Counted from the first letter of the stretch, positions 26,891 to 42,984 are shown. The stretch is DNA of 64,000 bases from Eledone cirrhosa (GCA_964016885.1 OZ024751.1:23870001-23934000), one strand, 5' to 3'. Notes: generated from the letters alone by a model not told the origin. Program-made: numbers and translations.

Positions 26891-27214
26891 AGCAAAAATC
26901 GCTGTGAAAATTATGCATTATCGATGACAATTATAAGCATATTTAACTTACGAAGGCATGTCTGTTAATGAGTGAAAAAAAATCGAATTGAAAGCAGCTA
27001 GAAAACCAAGAACAATTCAAATAGAATGTATGTATAGTGCTTGATTGATGTACGGTGAAGTAATTCGAATAACAGCGAATGATGGCTATGTTGACGTGCA
27101 TTAGCGAGGTAATGCTATCAATAACTATTATCTATATCTAATAGACATATAGCTATGATGTTCCATTTACTTAGACTCGCATTCACACACACACACACAA
27201 ACATACACACACAT

Positions 27215-27247
<33 letters not shown>

Positions 27248-27302
27248 AATGTGTATTTAATGTATGTATGTATATATATATATATACACACACACATGTA
27301 TG

Positions 27303-27412
<110 letters not shown>

Positions 27413-27720
27413 TATATCATAAGAACAGTTTAAAGTTTAAGCAACGAATCGCTTCTTTCATTCTTAACAGGATCTTCTGAAACTATATATGTATATATAT
27501 ATATATACATATGTGTATATATATATATACATATATATATATATACACACATATATATGTATATATATACATATATATGTGTATATATACATGAATATAT
27601 ATATATATATATACATATCTACATATCTATCTATCTATCTATGTATCTATCTCTATTTATATATATATATATGAGAGACGTAAAATAAGAAAATAAAATT
27701 AACTTACTTACTAAAATATC

Positions 27721-27802
27721 ACTTCCAACTAATTAGTTTCTGGAATGGAATAAATATATTTTCCGAAGAAGATACAGAGAAGCATTCCGTCGTCAGGGAA
27801 GT
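27721..27802 (-). ncRNA. Type I hammerhead ribozyme motif (522-nt unit family)
   Basis: ACTTCC-CTGACGA-cGGAATG/CATTCCa-GAAAC-TAATTA-GTT^-GGAAGT. Confidence 0.7.
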
Positions 27803-28423
27803 CTATTCTCATCTAAGTATCCAGGCAAAGCGTGGACACTGGAAACTTATTAAAAAATAATTCAGTGGATAGAAAATAGCAAAGCGTGGACTGAGTTCCT
27901 AGCCATTGAGAAAATCACTGCCTCTGCGTCGGTGGCAAATTCAAAAAGAATCAATCACGTGACATCGAGGTCAATCAGTGGAAAGTGGTTTGCTAATAAG
28001 ACAGCGGCCTGCCTGCTACCATAGCAGCAGTCATGGCCAATACTGCTCGACAAATAATTTGGAGATAATTATAAAGAATTAATATCTAGTAACATATATA
28101 TACATACAGATGCATATCAATGCTAGCAAATATATAGGTTTTGTCTTAGTAACTTTGTGGTTCAATGCATGGGGTTGCAGAACAATAATATGAGAGACGT
28201 AAAATAATAAAATAATAAAATTAACTTACTTACTAAAATATCACTTCCAACTAATTATGGAAGTGATATTTTAGTAAGTAAGTTAATTTGCCACCGACGC
28301 AGAGGCAGTGATTTTCTCAATGGCTAGGAACTCAGTCCACGCTTTGCTATTTTCTATCCACTGAATTATTTTTTAATAAGTTTCCAGTGTCCACGCTTTG
28401 CCTGGATACTTAGATGAGAATAG

Positions 28424-28505
28424 ACTTCCCTGACGACGGAATGCTTCTCTGTATCTTCTTCGTTAAATATATTTATTCCATTCCAGAAACTAATTAGTTG
28501 GAAGT
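28424..28505 (+). ncRNA. Type I hammerhead ribozyme motif (522-nt unit family, inverted copy)
   Basis: Stem I 28424-28429/28500-28505; core 28430-28436; GAAAC 28486-28490; GUU site. Confidence 0.7.
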
Positions 28506-28774
28506 GATATTTTAGTAAGTAAGTTAATTTTTATTATTTTCTTATTTTACGTCTCTCATATTATTGTTCTGCAACCCCATGCATTGAACCACAAAGTTAC
28601 TAAGACAAAACCTATATATTTGCTAGCATTGATATGCATCTGTATGTATATATATGTTACTAGATATTAATTTTTTATATATATATATATATGTATAAAT
28701 GAAAGGTATAGAAAACATTGTTGCAAAAAGCCAATATATATATATATATACACATATATGGATATGTATTTGTA

Positions 28775-28848
<74 letters not shown>

Positions 28849-29387
28849 TATGTATGTATATATATGTGTATATTTGTATGTATTTATATATCTATACATA
28901 TATATATGTGTGTGTGTGTTTGTGCGTGTGCCAGTGAATGTGTCTGTTTATCTGTGTAAGCGCATATGCATTATATATATATATGTCCGTATACATTAGT
29001 GCCATTAGTAAACAGAGAGGTGTAGTGTAATTGTTTAGGTAAAGGTTATTACTTCACTAATATGTACTATAAACATTATTTCCATTTTCTTTATTTGCTC
29101 AACACACCATTTAATTATTCACTTAGATATTTAACACATTACTTCAGCAACTAAATTAGTACATATTGTAAATAATTAAAACGTTTATTATTTTTGAAAG
29201 AAATGCGCGAAATTGCTTGGCCTAATGATTAGGCTGTTTTTGTTCGCGATCGTAAAGTTGCGGGTTCCATTCCCAGACAGGGTGACCCGTAGTCTTTTTA
29301 AGCAACTCATTTGAAGCTGAAAATATGTACCTGGTTGACTCTCTGTCGTTGAACGTGGTAATATATATATGTAGGGATGTATGTATG

Positions 29388-29418
<31 letters not shown>

Positions 29419-30374
29419 ACTCACTCTCTCTATCTCTCTCTCTCTCTCTTAATTTTGAGTTTATTTTTGAATGTCTACCCTCCAGCTGGAAAGTTTGTAA
29501 TGAAAAAGATATTGCCGTTGTCTCTTGTATAAACGTTCAACATTTGAATCATAAGAATATTTTAAAGATTTTTCAAGAATCCAGATATTTCGGTCATTTG
29601 AGACTTATCAATTAGAAAGCAACGTTTTTCTCCATAATTCCCTGCCTCGCCGACACATTTAGACATGTACTTGAGCAAGGCACTATATTTTACCCCGCTC
29701 CAGTTCACCTATCTTCAAAATTTGACTAGCAACGAAACTAGATGCAAGTTGTGTCGGTGCTTCCCTTTGTCTTGGGCAACATTAGTGTTGCAGAGCGGAG
29801 GGACTTGCATGCATGGGCGAATGCTGGTCTTTAAACAATACAACCTGCTCTGGCTTGTACATCGGTGAGGTAAATTCATGACAACACAATCATGACTCAG
29901 TCATCTTGCCATGCGAGAAACACTTGAAGGTTTGAGTGCGTTATAGCTCTACCAAATGTGAATATACACAAAGAAGCTATGCCTAATCCCCACTCGCTTA
30001 TCATCTATATATGATATCCTATGTAATATAAATGCTTTTTCTGAAAATCTTTACTTTCAGACAATTCTGTAGTATTATGTAGCGCATGTTTTTTTTACCC
30101 AATAACTTATCCCCAATGGAGACAACGAGACAGCAGAATATTAATCATACGGTCAACATTATTTAAACATTGTTTGATAAAGCAAAATGTTATAGCTCCA
30201 AATGGCTGGATGAAATACTTTCAATATTGTCCAGTGTTGCTAACTTAGCAAAGTGTAATCGAATGAAGAACTGTCGCTAAGCAGTGTGAACAATGTCTTA
30301 ATGTATATGATTAAACGAACCTCTCTCTCCCCTTCCGTTGTTTCAGTCTCTCTCTCTCTTTCATTACTTTCTAT

Positions 30375-30479
<105 letters not shown>

Positions 30480-30726
30480 CATATATATATATATATAGAT
30501 ATAATTATCTATCTATATATGTATACATAAACATAGAAATATATATATATTTTAAGTATATATATACATGTATACATACATACCTAGACACACACACATG
30601 TAAATATATATATATGGGTGTGTGTGTATTGATATATATGTTTATATATATTTATACACACACACACATATATATATATAAATAACTAAGCCATGCACCT
30701 TCACTAAATATATTTATACCAGATAT

Positions 30727-30795
<69 letters not shown>

Positions 30796-30964
30796 AAAAG
30801 GTATGACCCCCGACGGCTGAGCTCAAGCCGTTTCGACGGCTATTTCTGGACTAACGGCTTGAGCTCTGCCGTCGAGGTCAAACCTTTTTCATATTACCCA
30901 CTCTACTACCCTAAGTATTGAGTACTCTGGTGAGTTATGGTCCATCAGGTTCCTTACCACAATT

Positions 30965-31114
<150 letters not shown>

Positions 31115-31126
31115 TTGTACACACAC

Positions 31127-31158
<32 letters not shown>

Positions 31159-31533
31159 GTGTGTGTGTAAGTGTGTGTGTGTGTATAGTGTATATATATA
31201 TATATATACATTCAGAGATAGATAATTATAGATATATACACATATTCGTAAATATATTTATATACACGCAGACAATTAGATATATGAGGTGTATGGGTTT
31301 TATTTCTTTGTAAGTGTTTATGCCTATTCCTTTTTTCTTACTGGATGTAAACACATTATATCAGGTAAACACGCATATGTAAATACAAAATAGCTACTTC
31401 CGCCGGACTGGACGATGGAGTTTGAAGTTGTTTGATCAACAGATCTCGTTAATTCAAGCTGCAGACTATATCAAATACAGTTTGCCATGGACATATTCAT
31501 CGAATGGCACCCCTCACACTCTTATATATATGT

Positions 31534-31565
<32 letters not shown>

Positions 31566-31589
31566 CTATATATATATATATATACATAC

Positions 31590-31677
<88 letters not shown>

Positions 31678-31763
31678 GGAAAATATGATATGCAAATTGG
31701 GCTATTCAGCCGTTAATATGCATACGGTAAATATATACGTTCAAAAAGCTGGCAGGATGGTAT

Positions 31764-31806
31764 ACGTTGCTGACGATAGCTAATAAGCTTGAAACTAGGA
31801 CAGCGT
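31764..31806 (+). ncRNA. Minimal hammerhead motif, probably inactivated (U16.1>G)
   Basis: ACGTTG-CTGACGA-tAGCTaataAGCTt-GAAAC-TA-GGA-CAGCGT; GTA is expected at the cleavage triplet. Confidence 0.55.
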
Positions 31807-32348
31807 TCCTTTGTCAGTGTTGAACAAACGAGCAATGATGGGTGCTGGACAGTACGGCTTAATACGGGATGTTTGTTTCCAAACACACCGAGCATTATAA
31901 TAAATGTTCGGTGAATCCATACGTACATATATATATATGTGTGTGCATGTATGTATATATACATACTACTGTACGTCTGTATACATATATGTATGTACGT
32001 GTACATACTTATATATATATAACGTTTAACTTGCCACGTTTGACTGGCCGAGCACGAGGTGACAAATTCATCTTTCTGTGTGAACGTTGGCAAATAGTGT
32101 TTGTGGCATTTAATCAGATTCTCTCGCCGATGAAGCCCAGGATTATCTGTTACAAACACACTCAGGGCGAAACAGATTAGGGATAATCTGTCCGAGAGAT
32201 ATAATGGTTATTGAGGCGGTTTGTATTATAATAATATATTTTTATTTTAATTTTATCATTCTGTCTGCTTCTTGGTTAAATATTTCAAACATATGTGGTT
32301 TTTCAACCCTTGTAATTTTAGACACACGGTTTACTGTGTTTCTTACTG

Positions 32349-32418
<70 letters not shown>

Positions 32419-32707
32419 TTATTAAAATAACAGATTAAAGTTTAAGCAAAGAATCGCTGCATATATATGGATATAGGGAGAAAAAGACGATTATTAGGAA
32501 GATATATATATGTTTTTCCTTTTATTTTTTTCTATTTTTTCTGGATTAGAAAATGTTTAAAACAAAATATTTTACTTTGTGTGAAGTGTTAAGGTATTAG
32601 TTAATTTATTTCTTAGTAAATAATGGCATGACCTCCACCCATCGCAATCCCCACCCTCTCCTACCACCAGAAAAGAAAAGTTATAAATACCACTACTTGG
32701 ACAGCCA

Positions 32708-32756
32708 GCTTCCTGATGATCTCCCACGAATGAAACAGTTCTAGTCCTGTAGAAGC
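32708..32756 (+). ncRNA. Type I hammerhead ribozyme motif (family C)
   Basis: GCTTC-CTGATGA-tctcccacgaat-GAAACAG-ttctagtc-CTGTA^-GAAGC. Confidence 0.75.
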
Positions 32757-32796
32757 GCTTCTATATTAAAACTATATATATACTCCCCCCACACAC

Positions 32797-32867
<71 letters not shown>

Positions 32868-32882
32868 TATATATGTGTGTGT

Positions 32883-32914
<32 letters not shown>

Positions 32915-32918
32915 CAGT

Positions 32919-32957
<39 letters not shown>

Positions 32958-32996
32958 TGTGTATGTGTGTGTGTGTGTGTGTGTGGGTGTGTCAGT

Positions 32997-33060
<64 letters not shown>

Positions 33061-33061
<1 letters not shown>

Positions 33062-33295
33062 GAGGCACGTGGCGTAGTGATAAGGGTGTTGGACCTACGA
33101 TCATAATACCGAGGTTTCTTCATTTCACGTTGCTCCAGTATACTCAGCTAAAAGTGAGTACCAGCAATAGCTGGGGGTTTAACCCTGCGATGGGTTGGTG
33201 TCATGTCCAACGGGGATTCTTGTATTCTCAGTCGCTTCACGCCATGAAAGCGGGATAATCACCGGCCAGCCTTCTGGATTAATACAGACTTTAGA

Positions 33296-33298
<3 letters not shown>
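33061..33298 (+). mobile_element. Second tRNA-derived SINE family
   Basis: A-box-like gtggcgtagtgataag and conserved-domain-like aaccctgcgatgg...agtcgcttcacgcc. Related tRNA-head and core remnants at about 29205-29310 and 29665-29870. Confidence 0.55.
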
Positions 33299-33383
<85 letters not shown>

Positions 33384-33391
33384 CATACATA

Positions 33392-33492
<101 letters not shown>

Positions 33493-33494
33493 AC

Positions 33495-33526
<32 letters not shown>

Positions 33527-33527
<1 letters not shown>

Positions 33528-35446
33528 ACTTTGAATAACTTTGAAATGTTTTGGCCAGTATTGGCCCAGGCCATGTCTAACTTAATAGCACCACCTGGCG
33601 AAGTCTTTCAATTCAGGATTTGGGCACCATGGCCCATTCGAGAAGAGAATTACTGTTTGCGGAGACATATCCGGGTGTGGGTGGTTTGTCCGGGATTACT
33701 TGGAGGAATTTGTCCAAAGACTTCTTGAATTTTGTGTGGTCAGTTTCTGTTTTGACGTGTCCTGGTGTGATGTTGAAGAGAGCAGGGCCGATTGAGGTGA
33801 AATAATTGTGCCGTATTGTTGTTATGAGTTGCGATTTAGATTTTTGAATGGGACGGATAGCACGGGGCCCAAGCCTTGGGTGTATCTTGAAGGCGATGCC
33901 AACATCATTTGGGCAGTGATGATGGAACATTTTCCACATCATGCAGATAATATAACGCTCACGGCGACGTTGGAGTGAGTAAAGTTTCAGGTTTTCTAAT
34001 CGACCCCAGTAGTCAAGGTCTGACATGCCATCTATCTTTTTCGTGAGTGCCCTTTGAGGAGCTTCAAGTTTCATGATACTTTGTTTCGTGTGGGGAGACC
34101 ACAGTGGACAACAGTATTCAAGGTGTGGTCGGGCGAAAGTAGAGAAGAGAAGGATAATGGTGCGGGAATCTCTCGACTGGAAGGTTCTGAGGATCCAGGA
34201 ACACATTCTGCGGGCCATGTCAACTTTGCTGCTTATATGCGTGGTCCAGCTTATGTTGCTGTCCACGGTTACTCCCAAGTCTCTGATGTTGTTAGATGCC
34301 ACGAGAGTTTCCCCGGAGGGAAGGGAGTACGGGAGTTTCAGAGCATCCTCTTTTCCAAAGTGGATCAGTTCGAATTTGTCTTCGTTCAGTAACATGTTGT
34401 TCTTTTCTGCCCATTGGGTAACAGCCAGTAGGTCTGACTGAAGGCTTATCCGGTCATCCACGCCATTGATGACCTTTTGGAGCTTGGAATCATCAGCGAA
34501 AATTTTAATGTTGCTGTGTTTGATGATGTCAGTGATGTCATTAATATAGATGATGAAGAGAAGTGGGCCCAACACAGTGCCTTGTGGGACCCCACTACTG
34601 ACTTTGGCTGGGCTTGATTTGACTCCCTCAACTACAACATGTTGGGTTCTGTTTGACAGGAAGCTCTTGATCCACTGCAGCAGCTTTCCAGTGACACCAA
34701 TATTGGACAGCGTTCTCAGTAGAATGTTATGGTCAAACCTGTCAAAGGCCTTGCTGAAATCAAGGTAGATAACATCAGTGTTGGAACCCTCTCCCAAGGC
34801 TCTCAAAATGTCATCAAAGTGATGCAGTAGCTGCGTCAGGCAATCCCTTCCATTACGGAATCCATGCTGGTTGGAGTTCAGCATATTGTTACTCTCAAGG
34901 AAGTGGGCCATTCGCGATCTCACCACTCGCTCAAATACCTTAATGATATGAGAGGTGAGTGAGATTGGACGGTAATTCACGGCAAGGGATTTGTTTCCCT
35001 TTTTGAAAACTGGGACAACAGACTGGGATAGAAGGTTTTCTGGCACATATCCAGCATCCAGTGAGTTCCGCCACAGATTGGCAAGAGCAGATGCAAGTTG
35101 GTGTTGACACGCCTTCAAGACACAAGCAGGGAACCTATCGGGACCTACTGCTGAATTATGCTTGATTTCCTTTATTGCCGCCAAGACATCAGGGGCGCCA
35201 AACGTTATGTCCGATAAGGTGTAATGGGGAGTAACATCGCCGATACAGCCCAGATCGGCCATATCAGGATTGCTGAAAACAGAGCAGTATTGTTTCTGCA
35301 GTATCTCACCCATGGTTTTAGCATTGTCTTGAAGAGTGCCATTTTCATCAGTTAGAGGGCCAACAGTAGAGCCAGTGATTTTGTGTTTTTTTGCAAATGA
35401 AAAGAACACTTTGGGATTGAGTTTGATCTTCTCAATGGCCCAGGCC
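33527..35446 (-). mobile_element. 5'-truncated CR1/L2-group LINE inserted in a (TA)n tract
   Basis: (TA)n on both sides; 3' tail is the tandem ttcaaagtta x2; contains the uninterrupted RT ORF. Confidence 0.85.
33613..35409 (-). CDS. Reverse transcriptase (truncated LINE ORF2, uninterrupted)
   Basis: [76 protein letters not shown]: typical of the CR1 group. Confidence 0.85.
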   Translation of the reverse strand: MFFSFAKKHKITGSTVGPLTDENGTLQDNAKTMGEILQKQYCSVFSNPDMADLGCIGDVTPHYTLSDITFGAPDVLAAIKEIKHNSAVGPDRFPACVLKACQHQLASALANLWRNSLDAGYVPENLLSQSVVPVFKKGNKSLAVNYRPISLTSHIIKVFERVVRSRMAHFLESNNMLNSNQHGFRNGRDCLTQLLHHFDDILRALGEGSNTDVIYLDFSKAFDRFDHNILLRTLSNIGVTGKLLQWIKSFLSNRTQHVVVEGVKSSPAKVSSGVPQGTVLGPLLFIIYINDITDIIKHSNIKIFADDSKLQKVINGVDDRISLQSDLLAVTQWAEKNNMLLNEDKFELIHFGKEDALKLPYSLPSGETLVASNNIRDLGVTVDSNISWTTHISSKVDMARRMCSWILRTFQSRDSRTIILLFSTFARPHLEYCCPLWSPHTKQSIMKLEAPQRALTKKIDGMSDLDYWGRLENLKLYSLQRRRERYIICMMWKMFHHHCPNDVGIAFKIHPRLGPRAIRPIQKSKSQLITTIRHNYFTSIGPALFNITPGHVKTETDHTKFKKSLDKFLQVIPDKPPTPGYVSANSNSLLEWAMVPKS

Positions 35447-36065
<619 letters not shown>

Positions 36066-36412
36066 AAACATACAGACATACATATGTAAATACATATAAT
36101 ATTCCAGACATAAATTCTAATTTAGACAGCAGGGATCACCGATGGGAAATAAAAACGATACATAATTCTGACAATATTTTATTAAGATAAGCAGGAATAA
36201 AATATTCACAGTTCGATTATCAAGCCAGCTTTTACCATCGGTAGATATAAATATTCTCTTAAAGATTTGCAGACGATAGTTTTAAATTCAGGCGGCAAAC
36301 ATTAATAAATCCATCACATTTGTCACTTCTGAGTTTGTCTCTGAACCATGTATTATTCAAAAAGAGTTTCCATATAGCTATATAAGAAACCAAAATAATA
36401 CAGATCATGATT

Positions 36413-36468
<56 letters not shown>

Positions 36469-36588
36469 CATCATCAACATCATCATCATCAGAGTCGTAA
36501 TCATGATCACCACCACCTCCATCGCCACACACAAACACACACACACACAGACAGACACACACACACACACGCACACACACACATACAA

Positions 36589-36629
<41 letters not shown>

Positions 36630-36689
36630 CATATATATGTATATATATATGTATATGTTTATATGTTCATATATACATATATACATACA

Positions 36690-36756
<67 letters not shown>

Positions 36757-36867
36757 ATATATATACACATATATATATATATATAAATATATAAATATAT
36801 ATGCATATATATATATGTATATATATATGTATATATATATATGTATATATGTATATGTTTATATGTT

Positions 36868-36954
<87 letters not shown>

Positions 36955-37402
36955 ATAGTTAGAATTCCTGTAAACCATGTTTTATTCATTCACAAGTTAC
37001 AGACAATACATTATGTCACCCGAACTGCTCTATTGAAATAACACCCGCAAACCATTTTCCTCTCAACATGTTTATATGCAAGATGAAAATAAATCATAAT
37101 ATGTTTTCTGTTTGATATTACAGAAGGAATCACTATTTATAATCCAGCTAATCGTATTGAAATTGAATTTCAATGGCTTCAATTTAAGACTCAATGCCCT
37201 GGAAACAATGAATATTTGAATTTTTCAAATTTAACTTACTAAAGTCTGCACCGTTAAACTGGAAATTGAACATTGTCATTGTAATTAAGATATAAAGAGC
37301 ATCAGCATTAAAATAAAAGGACTGAACCTGGTCAAAATGTGGATATATCTTTTACTGTCCGAAATAGTAGAAATTGTAAAGTATAAAAATAAATAAATCG
37401 TA

Positions 37403-37531
<129 letters not shown>

Positions 37532-38492
37532 AAAGAAAGTGTGGTAGGGAACCAGGTGGGCCATAATGCACTAGAGTGCTCGATACTTAGGGTTTAGCTG
37601 TCGAAACGGCCGGAGCTCAGCCGTCCGGGTTCTGACTCTTTTCCTATATATATATATATAACTTTGATTTTGTACCTAATTGTGTATGGTTGGCTATATG
37701 TCTAAGCAATTCCTACGGGCTATTAGAATTACTAGGTAAATCCTCTGTGGCTGTTGATCGCGGATAAAAGAGCTATCATTTATTTATCTATTGTTTCTTC
37801 ATAGGTATATTTTAAACTTATAGCCTCGTTTAATTGATTTTTTTGTGTGGTTAAGTATGGTGATTGGGAGAGGAAATACTGTATATATTTTATCAAATGA
37901 TTCTATGGACTTACTTTCTTATATATATATATATATATATATACATTCATAGCTCGTTATTTGTCTAAAAGAACATAATATTCGTGATTAATTCCATATA
38001 ATATTTATAAATGATAAAAAAATAAAAGCATTAAATCACAAACTATAAACAAACATATAAATGAAATAAAACAAAAGGACAAGGAAATCAGAATGTTGCG
38101 TTTGAAATATTTATTATTTCCTTATATTTCGGATAAAATATACATGACAAAGAAATATTTATATCAAAGGAGATACCTAATTGTCCATTTTATTTATAAA
38201 CTAACTCATTTTTTTATAAAGCGAAATAATCAACATTATTATAATCTCATCTAATTTAATCTTTAACTTTGAAGCGCCATATCCAACAGGAGAGAATGTT
38301 GCCTGATGAAAGACTAAAATCATAGTGGGAGAGCGTGAAAGTAAACGAAATAATGTGAAAAAAAGAGAGATTGATAAATAGATAAATATATATAAAGATA
38401 GATAGATAGGTAGGTAGGTAGAGAGAGTAAGAGACAGAGAGTAAGAGAGGGAAAGAGAAAGAGAAAGAGAGAGAGAGAGATAGAAAGAGAAA

Positions 38493-38591
<99 letters not shown>

Positions 38592-38764
38592 CGAGAGAGA
38601 GCAACACAAATTAAAACGTCATCGCACAAACATACACCAGTGAGTCATAAATCATAATGAAATAAAAGATAAAATGCATTAAAATAACAGGAAAGCAATA
38701 CAAGGATATAAATGTATATTTTCGTCTCTCTCTCTCTGTCTCTCTCTCTCTGTCTCTCTCTCTG

Positions 38765-38877
<113 letters not shown>

Positions 38878-38975
38878 ATGTGTGTAGCCATGAGTTTCGC
38901 ACCTGTGCGGGTGTGTCCATGTTTTGGGTTACATACATTTTATGTATTATTGTCATCGAGACTGAGTGAACAAAT

Positions 38976-40148
38976 TTAATGAAAATAAAGTATTGCAAAT
39001 ACTAAATTCATCGTAAAGCATAAGGTAGCTGAGAACACAAAAAATATCATATCCAGCCTCTCCCACCGAGTCCTCTCACGTTGGACTGACTTTTCCTCTG
39101 TTCTTAGCGATGATATTCGGCCCAGATGTTCTTTTGTTTGTATATAAAATACATTATGTTGAACCAGTGATGTCGTTGCTGGTTTAGGAATAATATTTGC
39201 AATTGTTTTTGATATTTTATTTCGAATGTAAAGACGGTTCAGCAAAATGGAATTCACACATGAGATTCCTCCTGTTATTGTCATTCCCATTAGATATGTT
39301 AAAAACAAACATATGTGTCCTCGTTTACCCGATATTAAGTTAGTATTATCAATCAGATAAACCATATTAGACAGAAATACTGATGTTGAAAATGTTACTT
39401 TTTCTCCAGCAGAAGGTGGTAAAAAAAATGCACATGTTATCAAAATCGTAAACATTGTTGGCGGTAAAATTATAATCAGCCTGTTTACAAATACTTTCCG
39501 AGTTAACAATATTTGTAAAATGGCGAATTGTTGATTATTGTACGTTTCTGGTTGATCGGCATAGACACTAACATACCAGGCTTTAATCTCTTTTACAGGA
39601 TCAGTTGTTAGGGATTTCATTAGAGTTAGATTGTTATGTTGGTAAGTTAAACACACAGTAGCGTTGCAGTTTTGAGAGTCGAACGGATACTTAGCATTAT
39701 CAATACCACAATATAAATGATACGTATAATATGATTCCATCATTACCTTTCCATTGCTATACACTGTAACTTTAGGGACTTTTCGAGTATTTTTAATAAC
39801 TTTAATCGCATTACATACGAATATATTCGGTGTCCATATTTTATTCTTTGGTAGTATGATATCACTAACATTTCCATAGTTAGTTTCGTTCCAAAAGAGG
39901 TATTCATCTGTCCAATTTATCACGAGAGATAGTTGGGAAATAAGTATTCCATTAAATACATTGAAATCATAAATTGTACTTAAAGATGCAGACATATTGA
40001 TCAACACAGCCTTGTGTTCATTCCGCACAGGCCTCTTGAAATGATCGTAATATTCTAGTAAATCCCGTTGTAATATGCTCTCAACGTTATCCGATGATTC
40101 CACCACAAGCACAGTAGATAAAATAAGCAACAAGCATTTAACTTTCAT
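38976..40148 (-). CDS. Chemotactile-receptor-like Cys-loop ion channel subunit, copy 3
   Basis: First ATG (MKVKCLLLILSTV signal peptide) at 40148; the track start at 40175 is GTG. Cys-loop CGIDNAKYPFDSQNC, PSAGEK-M2, M4 LDMIFF. Confidence 0.9.
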   Translation of the reverse strand: MKVKCLLLILSTVLVVESSDNVESILQRDLLEYYDHFKRPVRNEHKAVLINMSASLSTIYDFNVFNGILISQLSLVINWTDEYLFWNETNYGNVSDIILPKNKIWTPNIFVCNAIKVIKNTRKVPKVTVYSNGKVMMESYYTYHLYCGIDNAKYPFDSQNCNATVCLTYQHNNLTLMKSLTTDPVKEIKAWYVSVYADQPETYNNQQFAILQILLTRKVFVNRLIIILPPTMFTILITCAFFLPPSAGEKVTFSTSVFLSNMVYLIDNTNLISGKRGHICLFLTYLMGMTITGGISCVNSILLNRLYIRNKISKTIANIIPKPATTSLVQHNVFYIQTKEHLGRISSLRTEEKSVQRERTRWERLDMIFFVFSATLCFTMNLVFAILYFH

Positions 40149-40430
40149 TCTTAAAACAGTGTCGTTGTTGCACACGGAATTATGACTAGTTCAGAAAATA
40201 CTTATTTTGAAAAGATAGGTTCTACATTAAAAACTAATTCACTTTCAATTAATATACATATATATATATATGTATATATATGATGAGTTGATAACAACCA
40301 TATAATGGCAAAGGCCACCTTAAAGTTGAATGTGAATTTATAGTCTGCAGTAAGATAGGTGAGAGACGATTTTCGAAAAGGCAATAAATCTATTGAATGA
40401 TCTTTTAGAATCCAGGTTAATCTTTATTCT

Positions 40431-40464
<34 letters not shown>

Positions 40465-40674
40465 AAGTATTCGGTAGTATTAGATGTTCCAGTTATTTAG
40501 ATTATAACAAAGCAATGTTGCATAAGCTGCATAATATATGCGTTTCGTTCTGTATAATATTACACGATTTAATATCCATGCTGCATAGTATGTAACGGTT
40601 TTATTTTCCTTCTGTATAGTATATCACGATTTAACGTTCAGGTTGTAGGATATATAACAAGGTAATTTTCAATT

Positions 40675-40732
<58 letters not shown>

Positions 40733-40863
40733 TGTAGCCATATTATTCAGTTATCGTTTTGCTTCGACCAGCCTCCATATATTACAAAATATGAGTTGAC
40801 TGAGCTGAACATCAACACAAGTTGTAAAAGTGACCAACGACTTATAATCTGTCCATCTACACC

Positions 40864-40934
<71 letters not shown>

Positions 40935-41755
40935 CTAAGTGTATTTTTATATGTATATATAATATAAATATATATTAAAATGTATACAAATATTTTCATA
41001 CACTTAGGTTATATGCATTAAAGCATAAATTAATCAATGAAGGATATTTATGGGCAAAGTTTTTAAATAGAATATTTATCTTATACTCATGTGACTCACT
41101 TTTCATTATGTCAGTAATATGTAGTGGAACACTAATATATTAAGTATACTAAAACCACTCCCATGTGTATGTAATAGTTTTGAAACAATACACGCGTGTG
41201 CGTGTGTGTGTTTATGTGTGTATGTATATATGTATGTACATATGTATATGGGTTTATAAGCAATGGTTCTATTTCTATGTGTGTATCGGCGTGTGTACCG
41301 TAGAAATAAATTGTCTGTTTTTATATAAATCGCTTAAAAGTTATGCAAATATTTTTGCCAAAATATTTTATCAATAAAATATATATGTATTTATATATTA
41401 CTTAGTGAAACAAACGAGGCTTTTACGGTTGCCATAGAATAATGCTTGCTTTCAATTATCAATCCATATTTATTTGATTCATTCAAGCAATATCCATTAA
41501 GGTATACGCCCATAAGCGAAGAAGCACAAAATGGAGAAAAAATTAAACTACCAGGAAATGACAGAGTTTATGTAAACGACTGTAGTACTTGAGCATATTA
41601 GCATCATCCAACTGACAGAGTATTAAGCTAATTATTAAACAAATTCACGCATTAGCTACTAAATGTATATGACCACCAGTCTATTGGCCGTATATATATA
41701 TATATATATATATATACATACACACACACAGAAACACAGACACACATACACACAC

Positions 41756-41804
<49 letters not shown>

Positions 41805-41835
41805 ATATAATAATATATATATACATATATATATA

Positions 41836-41917
<82 letters not shown>

Positions 41918-42066
41918 ATAACAGAACACACTCACTGTTTGGTTGGTTTTCGCTTCTGTATCTTTTATATGAAAATGAAGGAGCAACCATTGGCGCAAGC
42001 ACAGCCGGTGAAGTTGTTTCGACACACGACTTCATATCAAAATCCTCGCAAAACAAATATATATAT

Positions 42067-42102
<36 letters not shown>

Positions 42103-42657
42103 AATATATTTATGTATGTGTGTGTGTTTTTATGTGTGTATATGTGTATGTGTATGTGTGTTTATGGTTGCGCGCGACTGTGTGAGTGAGTGTGTTTTTT
42201 TGTGAATGTGTCTGTTGATTTTTGGCATATAGTTGATTAGTTTAAGAGAAGTTCGAAGATAATTGTAAGATATGCACTCAGTATTTTGAATCTGTCTACA
42301 GAATTCTCTAAACCTTTGTCACTTGGTAGAACCTTAATGAATTTAGCTTTTAAAGAATCTCCCTTTCCTTTAATTCTATCTACCATGACTGACCCCCCCA
42401 CTGATCTTATAGACATCTGTTAGCTTAAGAGAAACTTAATGACAAGGAATGGTATGCCATCCGGAACCTGTTTATAGAATTCTGTCTGCCTTTGTTACTC
42501 TAAAAACAAAAATTAATAAAAATAAACTATAGCTTTGTAGAATTAGCTTTTAATGAATTCCCTTTTCTATCAACCAATGACCTACACCCATCCCACTCCC
42601 CACCCTCTCCTACCACTTGTAGAGACCTATAAATACCATATTTATTTTTTGATACCC

Positions 42658-42708
42658 AGATTCCTGATGATTTCTAAAGAATGAAACAGTTCTAGTCCTG
42701 TAGAATCT
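42658..42708 (+). ncRNA. Type I hammerhead ribozyme motif (family C)
   Basis: AGATTC-CTGATGA-tTTCtaaaGAAt-GAAACAG-ttctagtc-CTGTA^-GAATCT. Partial minus-strand copies at about 42817-42856 and 63977-64000. Confidence 0.8.
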
Positions 42709-42722
42709 CATCTATATTAAAA

Positions 42723-42802
<80 letters not shown>

Positions 42803-42947
42803 ATTTAATATACACATGGCTTCTACAGGGCTAGAACTGTTTCATTCAAAGGAAATGCTCTTGTATATACTCTACTATGCACTGAGTACCGTATTTACTG
42901 TGGTTACTCCCGTTTGAACCCGCGACTCATGCACACGCACACACACT

Positions 42948-42984
<37 letters not shown>

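Noticed and set aside
33562-35446. 11-bp tggcccaggcc near both ends of the CR1 copy as a TSD or LTR
   Set aside because: One copy is inside the 3' UTR and the other is in-frame coding sequence (AWAIEK); not flanking duplications.
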